Shown here piece by piece: positions 1 through 9,961 of a stretch of DNA of 44,115 bases; positions within the stretch are counted from its first letter, which is position 1; each line of letters opens with the position of its first letter. The DNA is from Catajapyx aquilonaris. Lineage: Eukaryota. The position numbers were made by a program, and so were the translations under genes. The stretch is from positions 1-44,115 of the forward strand of contig JYFJ02003274.1 in NCBI GenBank assembly GCA_000934665.2, read 5' to 3'. A model generated the notes under the pieces. That model was not told the DNA's origin and made no database searches. It saw nothing but the letters and a program-made list of their open reading frames with translations.

Positions 1-1
1 T

Positions 2-515
2 GATAGTAATCAAGCATATCCTCCAGCTCTGTTGAATCTAGTGATGTGTCTACTAAGAACCAGAACAAAGCTAGATTTATTGATATGCCTCTAATAACTC
101 ACACCCGAAAAAACACTAGGCCCTACTCTGAAACTATAACAACCTAATTAACCATCCTCGACGGTGCTGCAATTGCCATTATGCTGAGACCAGGATTAGC
201 AAAAACCAACGAAGATTCTGCCAGTACTGTGTTCATACAGAACGTCAAATCTCAGCTAGAATAATTATTACAGTATGTAACACGGCTAGATATATAATCC
301 GTGATGACTATGAAGAACTACGGATTGCATTTGAAGTTGATGGGAAGAATTTCCCATTCTTTGCTGCTGATGGGTTATCAAGAGATTTGGATCCTGGTGG
401 TTGCAATGCCTTCCCGATGTTTCACGCAATAACTGGGTGCGAGATTGTCTCTTTTTATGGGGGAAGAGGCAGAAGGACTGCAAGGGACACCTGGAAGGCT
501 TTGCAGAGAACTCAT
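2..515 (+). mobile_element. Degenerate Academ (AcademX-like) DNA transposon fragment, XPG/PIN-type nuclease region
   Basis: Translation across stops and frameshifts gives NQAYPPAL..TKLDLLICL, TILDGAAIAIMLRPGLAKT..VTRLDI, ELRIAF..GKNF and CNAFPMFHAITGCEIVSF..GRGRRTARDTWK. These match motifs I recognise from the XPG-like nuclease of Academ transposases (xDGAAxxxMLxP; FHAxTGCDxVS; GxGKKTAWxxW). An internal deletion is apparent and the 5' part lies outside the window. Confidence 0.65.
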
Positions 516-747
516 ATCATGTGGCTGAGAGGAAAGATGCACACTTGAGGATGGGAGGGGTGGTTATTACAATTAATGGGTTTGAGGGATAGCATCAATA
601 TTTATTTAATAATGAACAGTAAAATAAAAATTGGTAATCCAAGACACTGCATACGCATCGAATAAACAACTATCAATAATATTGTGAATGATTTTATTTT
701 TCTTCACTCGACTACCCCAATAAAATGACATTTATTATTATGTATTT

Positions 748-815
748 AACTTATTTATGTATTTATTTATTTATTCGTTACCCCGATGGGCAGTGGCAAT
801 TGGGAAAAGGCTGCG
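748..815 (-). repeat. Possible 3' tail of a non-LTR retroposon (SINE/LINE) ending in (AATA)n
   Basis: The minus strand reads ...CCCATCGGGGTAACG-AATAAATAAATAAA. A similar CGGGGTA-C-AATAAATAAA end lies on + at ~16240-16281. Confidence 0.3.
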
Positions 816-989
816 AATGACACCACAAAATTTTACAACAATAGAATTAGATAGGCCTAGTATGCTATAAATTATGAATATGATGATGATTATTATATAC
901 TAAATATGCTTTATTTTTTACTTCTAAAGTACGTTTAACTTCTAATAGTCATCGTATGGCCACAAGTAAGTGATTGTACATGAATAACT

Positions 990-1735
990 ACAAAAAATAA
1001 GACGTTTCCATAACACCTAGTCGCCATTTTGAAAAATGGCTGCCAATTTAATTACAGGAAGAATCTGGGATGGCCACCCTACCAAAAACGTCCATTAGGG
1101 TGTTGTCTACAAGTGTGCCAAATTTCATGCTTCTATCATCAAAGGCGCAATTCTTACAAATATTTCACTCATCTGGCGTACTACAGGCGCCATGCGCCAC
1201 CTACTCGCGCACTCGCGCACTCGCTCACAGAAAATGCTCTCCTGTGTACAATTCTCAACCGATGGACTTCTAATAAATGCCCAAATGTCCACAATAAAGC
1301 CCGCGACAATGTTTACAGGAAGTATTTTCTGCTATACCTCAAGGGGGAGCAGCAAAACCTGACTAAAGCGAAATGTTCTCTGAAGTTTGGTAAGTTCCTT
1401 GGCGTATTTGTCAGTCATGTGACCTCATACTCATTCCCGAGGAAGCGGTATGGTTCTGTAATTATCGCCTAGGCACTTCTTAACAACTTGGCAGCCAAAA
1501 TCCGCAGTCAGAACGAGTACCGGGGGCTCCATAAATTCATTTCTAGCACCCTAGCAATGTTCAATTTCGGCCATCTTGATGACGTAATTTCCGGCACTTT
1601 CCGGGGTCCGACATCAAAAAAATTTCATGTACGATGCAGTCACGATATGCACTTTCCAAAAAAAAGGTCATTTGCTTGTTATACCGAAGTGGTCACTAAA
1701 CCCTTAAATAAGCGTCTTTTCCTTCAGTGACCGCT
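990..1735. mobile_element. Possible non-autonomous DNA transposon remnant
   Basis: A CpG-richer island in AT-rich DNA, with motifs such as CGCCATTTTGAAAAATGGC and GGCCATCTTGATGACGTAATTTCCGG that are common inside invertebrate MITEs. Terminal repeats and TSD were not resolved. Confidence 0.3.
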
Positions 1736-2480
1736 CGCCTATATTGTTTCTTGAGTTGATACGCCAATATTATTTTAAAGTGCCTAGTGTACGTCAGCAT
1801 TGATATACCGGTTTTAAAACTCCCATCACATGAATTGAATATTACCGGTACACGAATTAAAGCAGGGATAAAATTATTGCAAAAGTAATGTCGAAATATT
1901 AATTAGTGCCTATCAATAGATAATTATAATCATTCTACACCAGTGCAATGTAAAACATTACACAAAATATGCGCAAAAAAACTCTTTCAAGATCATAACT
2001 ACTTTGATGCACATGTCTTGCTTTGATAATCATATCCCACTCGTAACATTAAAGTTACTTTTAATCAGAACCTTGGCATAAGCAGGAGCGAGATTCTATC
2101 TCACTTTAAATTCCTTTCAATGTCATTTTACAAAATAATCGAGCTGCTGCGAACGTAGACTGAACTGGTTATGTTATGCCATACTTTATATGTCTGGAGA
2201 CTCATGTAAAAACCAAGTATCTCTGATTTGGCCATTTTGAGATATTGCACCTCAAAGTTCGTGATCTGTCATTAGATCTTGCAAATCATACTTGAAAAAC
2301 TTGAAAAACTTGGCCGAAAAACAAGTTAAAGAGACGTAGTTTGTACCAGTGGATAGAGCTTGAAAAGACCCGTCCAATTGTGGCCTACAAGTAAAAACCC
2401 AGTATCTTGAGTTACATGGTTTTTACATGAGGCTCCAGATGTGCTCTCAGCAGGAGTTACATAATATCGTGTCCTGAGAT

Positions 2481-2796
2481 CTACCTTAACCAAACAGTGG
2501 CCTTCAAGCTGATAGATTTCTGAGAAAGTAGCAGCTCGTTGGCAAACATGATTTTCCTGGCTTCGAGGCAGCAATTCTAACCAAATAAATATTAAAATAG
2601 GTAATATAGAGACAAACTGGACGCCGTTTTTGAAAACGGGTTTCAGAAACGGGACTCCAGTTTGTCTCTATATGACCTATTTTAATATTTATTTGGTTAG
2701 AATTGCTGCCTCGAAGCCAGGAAAATCATGCTTGCCAACGAGCTGCTACTTTCTCAGGAATCTATCAGCTTGAAGGCCACTGTTTGGTCAAGGTAG
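2481..2796. repeat. Long foldback palindrome (~155-bp arms, ~5-nt loop)
   Basis: CTACCTTAACCAAACAGTGGCCTTCAAGCTGATAG... is the reverse complement of ...CTATCAGCTTGAAGGCCACTGTTTGGTCAAGGTAG, with only a few mismatches. The centre is near 2636-2640. Confidence 0.95.
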
Positions 2797-2804
2797 GGGT
2801 TAAA

Positions 2805-2896
2805 GTAGGACTTTCGATAGGTCCTTTTTACATCACACAAGATTTTCTTGCAAGAAAATCTTGTGTGATGTAAAAAGGACCTATCGAAAGCCCTAC
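2805..2896. repeat. Loop-less 92-bp palindrome
   Basis: GTAGGACTTTCGATAGGTCC...TTCTTG|CAAGAA...GGACCTATCGAAAGCCCTAC. The centre lies between 2850 and 2851 and there is one mismatch. Confidence 0.95.
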
Positions 2897-3203
2897 CACG
2901 TCAGAAGGTTCTCTGGAGCTGTCTTTGACACACGTCGCGACATGATGCTGGCCATGATGCTGGCCATTCTTCAACTGCTTCTGCCACTGTTGACAACACT
3001 GGATTGCCGATTGTCAAGACAGCTTTGGTGGCTCATTGCGTCATAATATCATTTGCTTTCGTGGTTTTCATTTGCGAGCTGTTGAACATCGGATACAGCA
3101 AAAGAAAGTTAGCCGTGAATACTACATCAAACTGAATAAGATAGATGAAATTCGAAAGCAACTTCATATGAATGTTATTATTAACACAACTTAGCACATT
3201 ATA

Positions 3204-3743
3204 CAGGGTGATCCAACTTTATCGCCCCAACAGTTATTGTGAAAATCGCGTAAGCTGCTACTTTTTAATCAGCTACTTGCTAAGAGTTACTTTCTCGAGT
3301 GTCTGGAATAGCACCTGCTGATATTAGGTCCAATGCCCATGAGGGAAACAGGCCGGGGTTGTGACTGGCCAAATGAGTCAATCGCAAATGATCGGATGCG
3401 AACTGTTGCGACCCTGAAGTGGAAAGGTGCCCATCATCCCTTTTATTTCCTCATATATCCAAAGTGATTCATGTGTTGGCCTTGAAGAGGGCCCATTTTT
3501 GTGCATTTTTGTGTTCTCTGGAGGGATTCAGAGGAGGTCACTATCTGCCAATCAGACCCGTCGACCCGGACAGACCCGATTGTGTCAATAAATAGGTCAT
3601 TAATTGGTACATAGTCATTGGACCTAATATCAGCGGTGTTATTCCAGATACTCGAGAAAGTAACTCTTAGCAAGTAGCTGCTTAAAACGTAGCAGCTTGC
3701 ACGATTTTTCCAATAGCTGTTGGGTTAAAGTTGGATCACCCTG
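3204..3743. mobile_element. Tc1/mariner-type MITE with ~130-bp terminal inverted repeats and TA target-site duplication
   Basis: TA|CAGGGTGATCCAACTTT...TATTAGGTCCAATG (3204-~3335) pairs with CATTGGACCTAATA...AAAGTTGGATCACCCTG|TA (~3616-3743). TA is present at 3202-3203 and 3744-3745, and there is no transposase ORF. Confidence 0.88.
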
Positions 3744-4382
3744 TAGTAATGTCACAATAAGAAAAATAATGTACCATATCTGGCCATTCAAAGAGTATGG
3801 CCTAAGCTGTACACCACTGTAGTTCATTTATCACAATACAAAATTAAACAGCGCAATATAAGTATATAATTATAGGCATGAGCACCGGACAGAAGAATGC
3901 TTTCGTATCAAATATACGGTAATTATTTTATTGTACCAATCTTAAATCAGAGCTACTTGAAGTTCATGTCCTTGTTGTTATTAATGTAAGAAGATTGAGG
4001 GGCCACGCCTCTTCGCCCGGGAAAAAAGGGCTTCAGTCCTTACCATCAAGAGATTCCCAGAGTGTCGCTGGTGAAGATAACAGTGGACAAAGGAAAGATC
4101 CTGCTGTAGAAGAGAACGTCACCACTGAGACGTTAGAACCGCATTAATTTGTTGAACCTTGAAAGTTGAAGTTTAGGCCTAGAATTCATGTGGATTTATT
4201 AAACTTATGGTCAAACCTATTCCTGAAGGTGTATAATATATAGGCACTATTATTGTCTCCTGTCAACGTTGACTGCCGTTTCTTTGAGGATTGTGATGTA
4301 ATGTGTACTGTAGCAAGCTCACCGTAAAAGAAATCCCACCAAAAACCTTTCTGTAAAAAAAGGCCTAGTTCTCCTGACTGCT

Positions 4383-4777
4383 TGGCCGTCAAAAGTGGTG
4401 AGATCTGAAATACGGCCAAGTTCAACGTCGTTGTCAATTACTGGCATTCTCAACTTCTTCAACCTAAACCACTAACTTTGTTTTTCCAGGTAGGCCTTAA
4501 GTTTAATCATCAAAAAAATTTAATGGAATTTCTCTTGCTGTAGCTTGGCCATTGCTCATGTACGAGGTATTGTTGAATTCTACAACTGTTTCAATGTTTT
4601 AAGAGCAATGGCCAAGTTACAGCAAGAGAAATTCCATTAAATTTTTTTGATGATTAAACTTAAGGCCTACCTGGAAAAACAAAGTTAGTGGTTTAGGTTG
4701 AAGAAGTTGAGAATGCCAGTAATTGACAACGACGTTGAACTTGGCCGTATTTCAGATCTCACCACTTTTGACGGCCA
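4383..4777. repeat. Near-perfect inverted repeat, 175-bp arms with 45-bp spacer (foldback/MITE-like)
   Basis: 4383-4557 (TGGCCGTCAAAAGTGG...GGCCATTGCTC) is the reverse complement of 4603-4777 (GAGCAATGGCC...CCACTTTTGACGGCCA). I saw one mismatch. Confidence 0.95.
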
Positions 4778-5040
4778 TGCACTATGTCACGTATTATGAC
4801 GACAACACGTAATCAGTAAAGTAATATGTGCGTATAATGTCACTATATAGGACAATGTCACAATGTGTGTCCAGTAAATCTATTACAAAATCATTCACGG
4901 TATGTGCAAAAAGGGAAGAAGGTACATATTAGTCATGGCTGCACAACAGTATTAGGATTTTGAATGTGGGAGGAAACGTCACAGGATTGCCAAGAAAACC
5001 TATCGTTACTCTTTCTACAAATAAGAAATAATCAGCCTTT

Positions 5041-5104
5041 CTTAAACGGGAATCGAGCCCGGAACCTCCGAGGCGGAAGGCTGTGGCTCTAACCACTGTA
5101 CAAC
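5041..5104 (-). mobile_element. tRNA-derived SINE head or tRNA pseudogene
   Basis: The minus strand reads GTTGTACAGTGGTTAGAGCCACAGCCTTCCGCCTCGGAGGTTCCGGGCTCGATTCCCGTTTAAG. It has a Pol III box A-like (CAGTGGTTAGAGC) and box B-like (GGCTCGATTCC) motif at tRNA spacing, but no intact acceptor stem. Confidence 0.55.
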
Positions 5105-5780
5105 TTCTGAATGTACTTTCTGAATGTACAAGTACAGGATGTGCAATCGATAAATAAAATGGTAAGCCAAAATTGTGGCGTCCTGGTTTGCGGATAACGA
5201 GGCCAAGTTTTTTTACCTTTCTGGTGGCTCCTGAAGAAGAGAAGCTGCCAATGAGCATGATGGATCTCGCAGTACGTCTCCATGCTGCTCATTCTGTCAG
5301 AAGTTGGCTACCACACCAAGCTACAGGCGAGGCTGCAAAAGCGCACTAGAATGATCGAGTGTGTCCAAAGGGCAATGGAAGAGGACTTTGCCTGCTTCGC
5401 TGCTGAAATCATTCTGAGTGCCATGAGTGCTCAGCAAATAAATTTTGATGGAATAATACCTGTCAACATAATTATGACATCCCCCCCCCCAAAAAAAAAA
5501 ATGGTCTAAGGAGGCCGATAACGGAGTTAAAAAATGTGCCAGATTGGCTGCCTCCAAATATTAATAACTCATTCCTATATAAGCTTATGTTAATAATGAT
5601 CAAGTGATATATTAACTGATTTTAAAATTATGTTCATCTGTTGTTTAAAATGGGTAGTCCTCAGCACATACACATTAAACTGCATTAGACAACACTGAGT
5701 CCTTATTATTTAATTTTATTATTGAGTACAGGATGCTCAGGACATATTGTTGGTGGGTACTTACACTCTCCAGGCAGTGT

Positions 5781-7799
5781 TTACTTTAAAAAGGGGAAGG
5801 TGGGTGCATTTTTATAACTCGATTTTTTACGGCGGGCGATTTCGACACCAAATATGATCAGCGATACCATAAGTCCCACCTTCCAGAAGTGAAATATTGC
5901 AGACAGCTTGTCCAGAGTGAGTATTTCATCTTCTAGGACTCTAGCCTCTCTCTTCTCATCTTCAGCTCGGGTCACCTTCAAGTGACGCAGGAACTGCATG
6001 TAGCGATCATCTCTCAGGAACTTGAAGCTGAGGTCCAGGTTATCATTGAACAACCGATGGAAGTCTTGAATAAGGTGGAACAAAGATGTTGCATCTCGAG
6101 TGACTGGTATGGACCCATAAATTGGGAGGATGCGATCGTCGCAAAACTTGACAGTCAATTGACCAGACATGTCCATAAAACGATAGAGTTCATGCTGCTC
6201 TATCATTGCGTCGATTCCTATGCATGCGACATTCTCTTTGTGTGTGCTGTCCAGGCAGCTTTGAAAGGTTTCAGCCATATCAATTCTTTGCAACAGTTGC
6301 TTCAGAAAGGTGTCATTTGATGTCCTGATGAACATACTCATGGCGATGTACTGGAATGTGTTGGATCCCATCTTCCAGCCGGACTTGTACAGTCCAGTGA
6401 ATGTTGTTGGGATGGATTCCCTAGGAGGCCAGGTCAGGAATGATACAATCTTGTCCTTGTATCCGGTCACCACCACCATCACGAAGAAGAGGCAGTAGAA
6501 GGAGGCCAGGACCAGGAACCGTCTGGTGTGGGGAAAGTGGATGTGCTGCTCCAGGAGGTGACTAAGGACGAGACCCATGGATTGGAGGAAGGTCAAAGGT
6601 CGGTGAAGTTGTTGCTCGTCTCGTCCGGATGTCCACAGAGAGAGTCTGTTGACGGCCAGGGTGACCAGGACGAGGGTGACCATGAAGCAGACCCAGAAGA
6701 CCAGAGGGTAGGGTCTGTATATGACCCTCCAGTTGATCACTCCCTCGGGGTGTCGGGTCAAGAAGGTGAAATGTGCATAACCATACGGATGCGGGTTCAG
6801 CAGGTAAGGAAGCGTCTTCTCGGACAGGAACAGAGCAGTTGGCATGTCAGCTTTTCCAGATAACATGTCGGCGAGAAGACCAACCCAGGTTCCATTCTGC
6901 AGCTGATATTCAGTGTCATCACTCTGCAGGTTCTTCACATACACTTCCACCCTCATGTTAAGCTTACTTTCCATCAGCAACAGTGCGCGTGCAAGCGGCG
7001 ACTTAACTGCCATTTCTCCATGCTCATTCAGGACTTTCTTGGCCTTGTCGAAGAAGATGTCCAAATATGTCCCTACCCTGACCTTCTTCCCGTTCATGTG
7101 TTCAAATCTGCTTCTGAAGAGACCCTTCAGCCTGTGACCCTGACCCACCTGGTAGTCCCCCAGTGGCCTGACCCGTGGCGTCCCCCCATCCCCGCAGAAG
7201 AAGCAAGTGTCCTCCATCCTCAGCCTCCCTCCTTCCCCCGTGGGACTGGTGACCACCTTCAGCCTGAGACCAGTGGCAGGGACAGAGGTGATGATCCCGT
7301 GCCTCTGATGCGACCCATGACCTGAAGCAAAGTGAATGAGGAACCAGTCCTCCCCAGGCTGTACCCTGGCGACGGTGGAGGTGTGGATGAGCAGCCCTGG
7401 GAAGGACGAGGCCTCCTTGACCAGCACCAGGTGTCCGGTGCAGTGCGTCCCAGTCCCCACCCTGGACATGAGGGAAGGAGGGACAGTCCTCCAGTCCAGC
7501 ATCTGGTCCTGTCCCGTCAGTTCAGGGTGGTCCTCGAAGGAGTGGGGGAATATCCCGTCCCCCATCCGGACCAATTGGATCGGGCTGTACTCCTCAGCCC
7601 GACCAATCACCAGTCTCTCCATCGGTGGGTTCAGGTGGGTCCAGTCCGTCGACACCACCAGACCACACTATCCTCTTTCCAGATGAGAGACCATGTCGGA
7701 CAAGGTCACATCCTCTGGACAGTCGATCTGGATGGTCACATTTGATCCAGAAACCGACATTAAGATGACACAACACACAAATAGCACAGCACCATTCAT
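5781..7799 (-). CDS. Divergent ionotropic receptor (IR, iGluR-related chemoreceptor), intronless, 672 codons, with one in-frame TAG at codon 44 (7668-7670); gene or recent pseudogene
   Basis: The ORF 5781-7658 has an S1 motif (NGTWVGLLADMLSGKADM), M1 (YRPYPLVFWVCFMVTLVLV), a pore-like segment (SMGLVLSHLLEQ), a SYTANLAAFLT-equivalent helix (VVVTGYKDKIVSFLTWP) and a final TM (LTLDKLSAIFHFWKVGLMVSLIIFGVEI). The same frame continues upstream through the TAG to ATG 7799, which encodes a signal-peptide-like MNGAVLFVCCVILMSVSG. Confidence 0.88.
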
Positions 7800-9144
7800 A
7801 TTTGGTGATTTACGCAAAAGATATATAATTATATTTTTGATGCAAACAACTCCTAAGAATTATTGCTATGCACACTGGAACTATCAGCGAAACTATGCTG
7901 AATTTCATTTATATCCTTGTAACAGCTTGTTTACTAGTCGTGAGCCTATTGGTGCTTCTGGATTGACGTCAAAGGTCCTAATATCCCGCCGCAGAGCTTC
8001 ATGTCACTCTGCTCAAGGTGTGACAGGCTCGGTGTATATAGGGGGTGGTATAATGATACGCTAACGGGATGGTAATTACATAGGTGATGGCTGTACTGCC
8101 TGTGTCTATAGTCGTGTTAGACAACGCTTGTAGTTGCTTAGTATATTCTGTCAGATTTACTGCAAAATAATATGTATAAAGAGGCCATATGGGGGGTGAT
8201 CGATATACTAAACCTCAAACAACCCAAAGGAACCTCCAGATTTGCGGAACTCAGTTTAAGTGCATAAATATTTCTCGACTGTTTCTTTAAACATGCCTTT
8301 ATTTTTAGGACGATTCACATGACAAAATAATGTGGAATGACAACTAGTAGTGTTTAATCAACATGAACACAATTATTCCTCGCCACTGCCTACAGTAAAC
8401 AACAAATCGATTGATTACTGAGTTGTACATTTTTGCTTTCAAGTTTTTCTTAAATCTTGATGTTCATGAAAACTTAAAGATTCCCCCACCCTTTTCCATC
8501 AAAGGATTACTATAGGACATTTACGAGATATTCAACATGATTTTCACTGGAAAGTGACACCTAAAAATGCTGTATGGTGCACACGGGGAAAACCTAAAAA
8601 TTCATACATTTCTACCAAACATGTTCCGACACTAAAAATAATGCTTTTTGCAATCACTTGTTATTTTATTTCCTATGTGAATGCAGACCTTTATAAAAGA
8701 GGTGCTGGTCTGATTAAAGTTTTTCAGACAACTTCAAAAACAACTGGGTTGAGCACATTGGTCATATATGACTATTAATATTATTAGATTGCAGCAGCTC
8801 AAGATTCTTCGAGGTACACACAAAATCTTAAAAATTTGTTAAATTTCTATCGAAGCTGACAATCAATCCAATACACTAGGAAATCCCGTGCATTTTCCTT
8901 CCAATGTGAATATCTATGCCATCATACTCACTTACAGAGTCGATTTAAATAAATTATATATCGATTGCAAGAATATTTCAAAACCCTCCTGCGTGCCCCA
9001 CCTTGTGCGCTTCTATATAACTGCTATGCCTGACTGAGATACGACAGGAAGACGGTCGTTATACGCACTATGCAGTGCACATACCCACACATGCTTTATC
9101 CAAGTATCCCCACCACTATCACCACCATGGATCACCACTATCTA

Positions 9145-9262
9145 GCCAAGGGCCATGCCACGTTGAAAGCACCGGTTCTCGTCCGATCCCCGAAGTCAAG
9201 CAATGTAGGTCCCGGGTAATACTTGGATGGGTGACCGCCTTGGAATGACGGGTGCACTTGGC
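9145..9262 (+). rRNA. Solitary 5S rRNA gene variant or pseudogene
   Basis: The 118 nt read GCCAAGGGCCATGCCACGTTGAAAGCACCGGTTCTCGTCCGATCCCCGAAGTCAAGC...TACTTGGATGGGTGACCGCCTTGGAA...CTTGGC, colinear with invertebrate 5S rRNA. Box A (AGTCAAGC) and box C (TGGATGGGTGACCG) are recognisable, helix I (GCCAAG/CTTGGC) pairs, and TTTT follows at 9275-9278. Confidence 0.85.
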
Positions 9263-9961
9263 AAATGATAATTATTTTCCTTCCATTTCTAAAATTACGT
9301 ACATTGCACGTGGCAGTCGCAAGTGGTCAAGGACAACCCCTTATCTTTTACATTTGGTAATTTTTATCCAGTGATCAAAAATAACCGAACTGTAATATTT
9401 GGTAATCTGCCATTCATAACACAATTAAGTACAGATCTCTTCGTGGATCGATTTTGTTTTGCTTGTTCTGAGACATTTATTTATAGGTCGTAGCCTATAA
9501 TATCTTCTCTCTATCTATCTGTGTCTCCCTATCTATCTTTAATTCATTATCTCTTCTCGTTCCCATTTCCCCCTACACCCCAAGTGCTACAACTTGTAGG
9601 TATAGCGGTGTACAGCAAGGTGTACTTATTGAAGGAATCCTATCCATCGTCACTGCTTGTCAAAATCATAATATTTTCTCTCTGACCCAGCCATTTAGCA
9701 TAAAATTATCTGCTTATGCAAATCCTTGAATATAGCCCGAGGAATTCCCAACAGGCACAATCGACAGTGGTAGGCTCGTTTCCGTCTTTTTTATTATGAA
9801 TCATATCAATAGCTTATTATCATTTAACAGAAAAATAGTTAAACTGGTTTTAATCCAAAAAAAAAGTTTGAGCAAAGCATGTCTGCAGGAAAAATATTTG
9901 TACCTCAAGAGCCCCCAAAACTAGACGTTAGCACTTTATTATTATAGGCTAAACTGATGTC

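Noticed and set aside
5240..5509. GC-richer coding-like patch (75-aa ORF 5282-5509)
   Set aside because: It has no identifiable homology or splice context and may be a TE fragment.
5982..7745. Several + strand ORFs of 60-137 aa overlapping the IR
   Set aside because: They are antisense shadows of a GC3-rich coding sequence with no recognisable domains.
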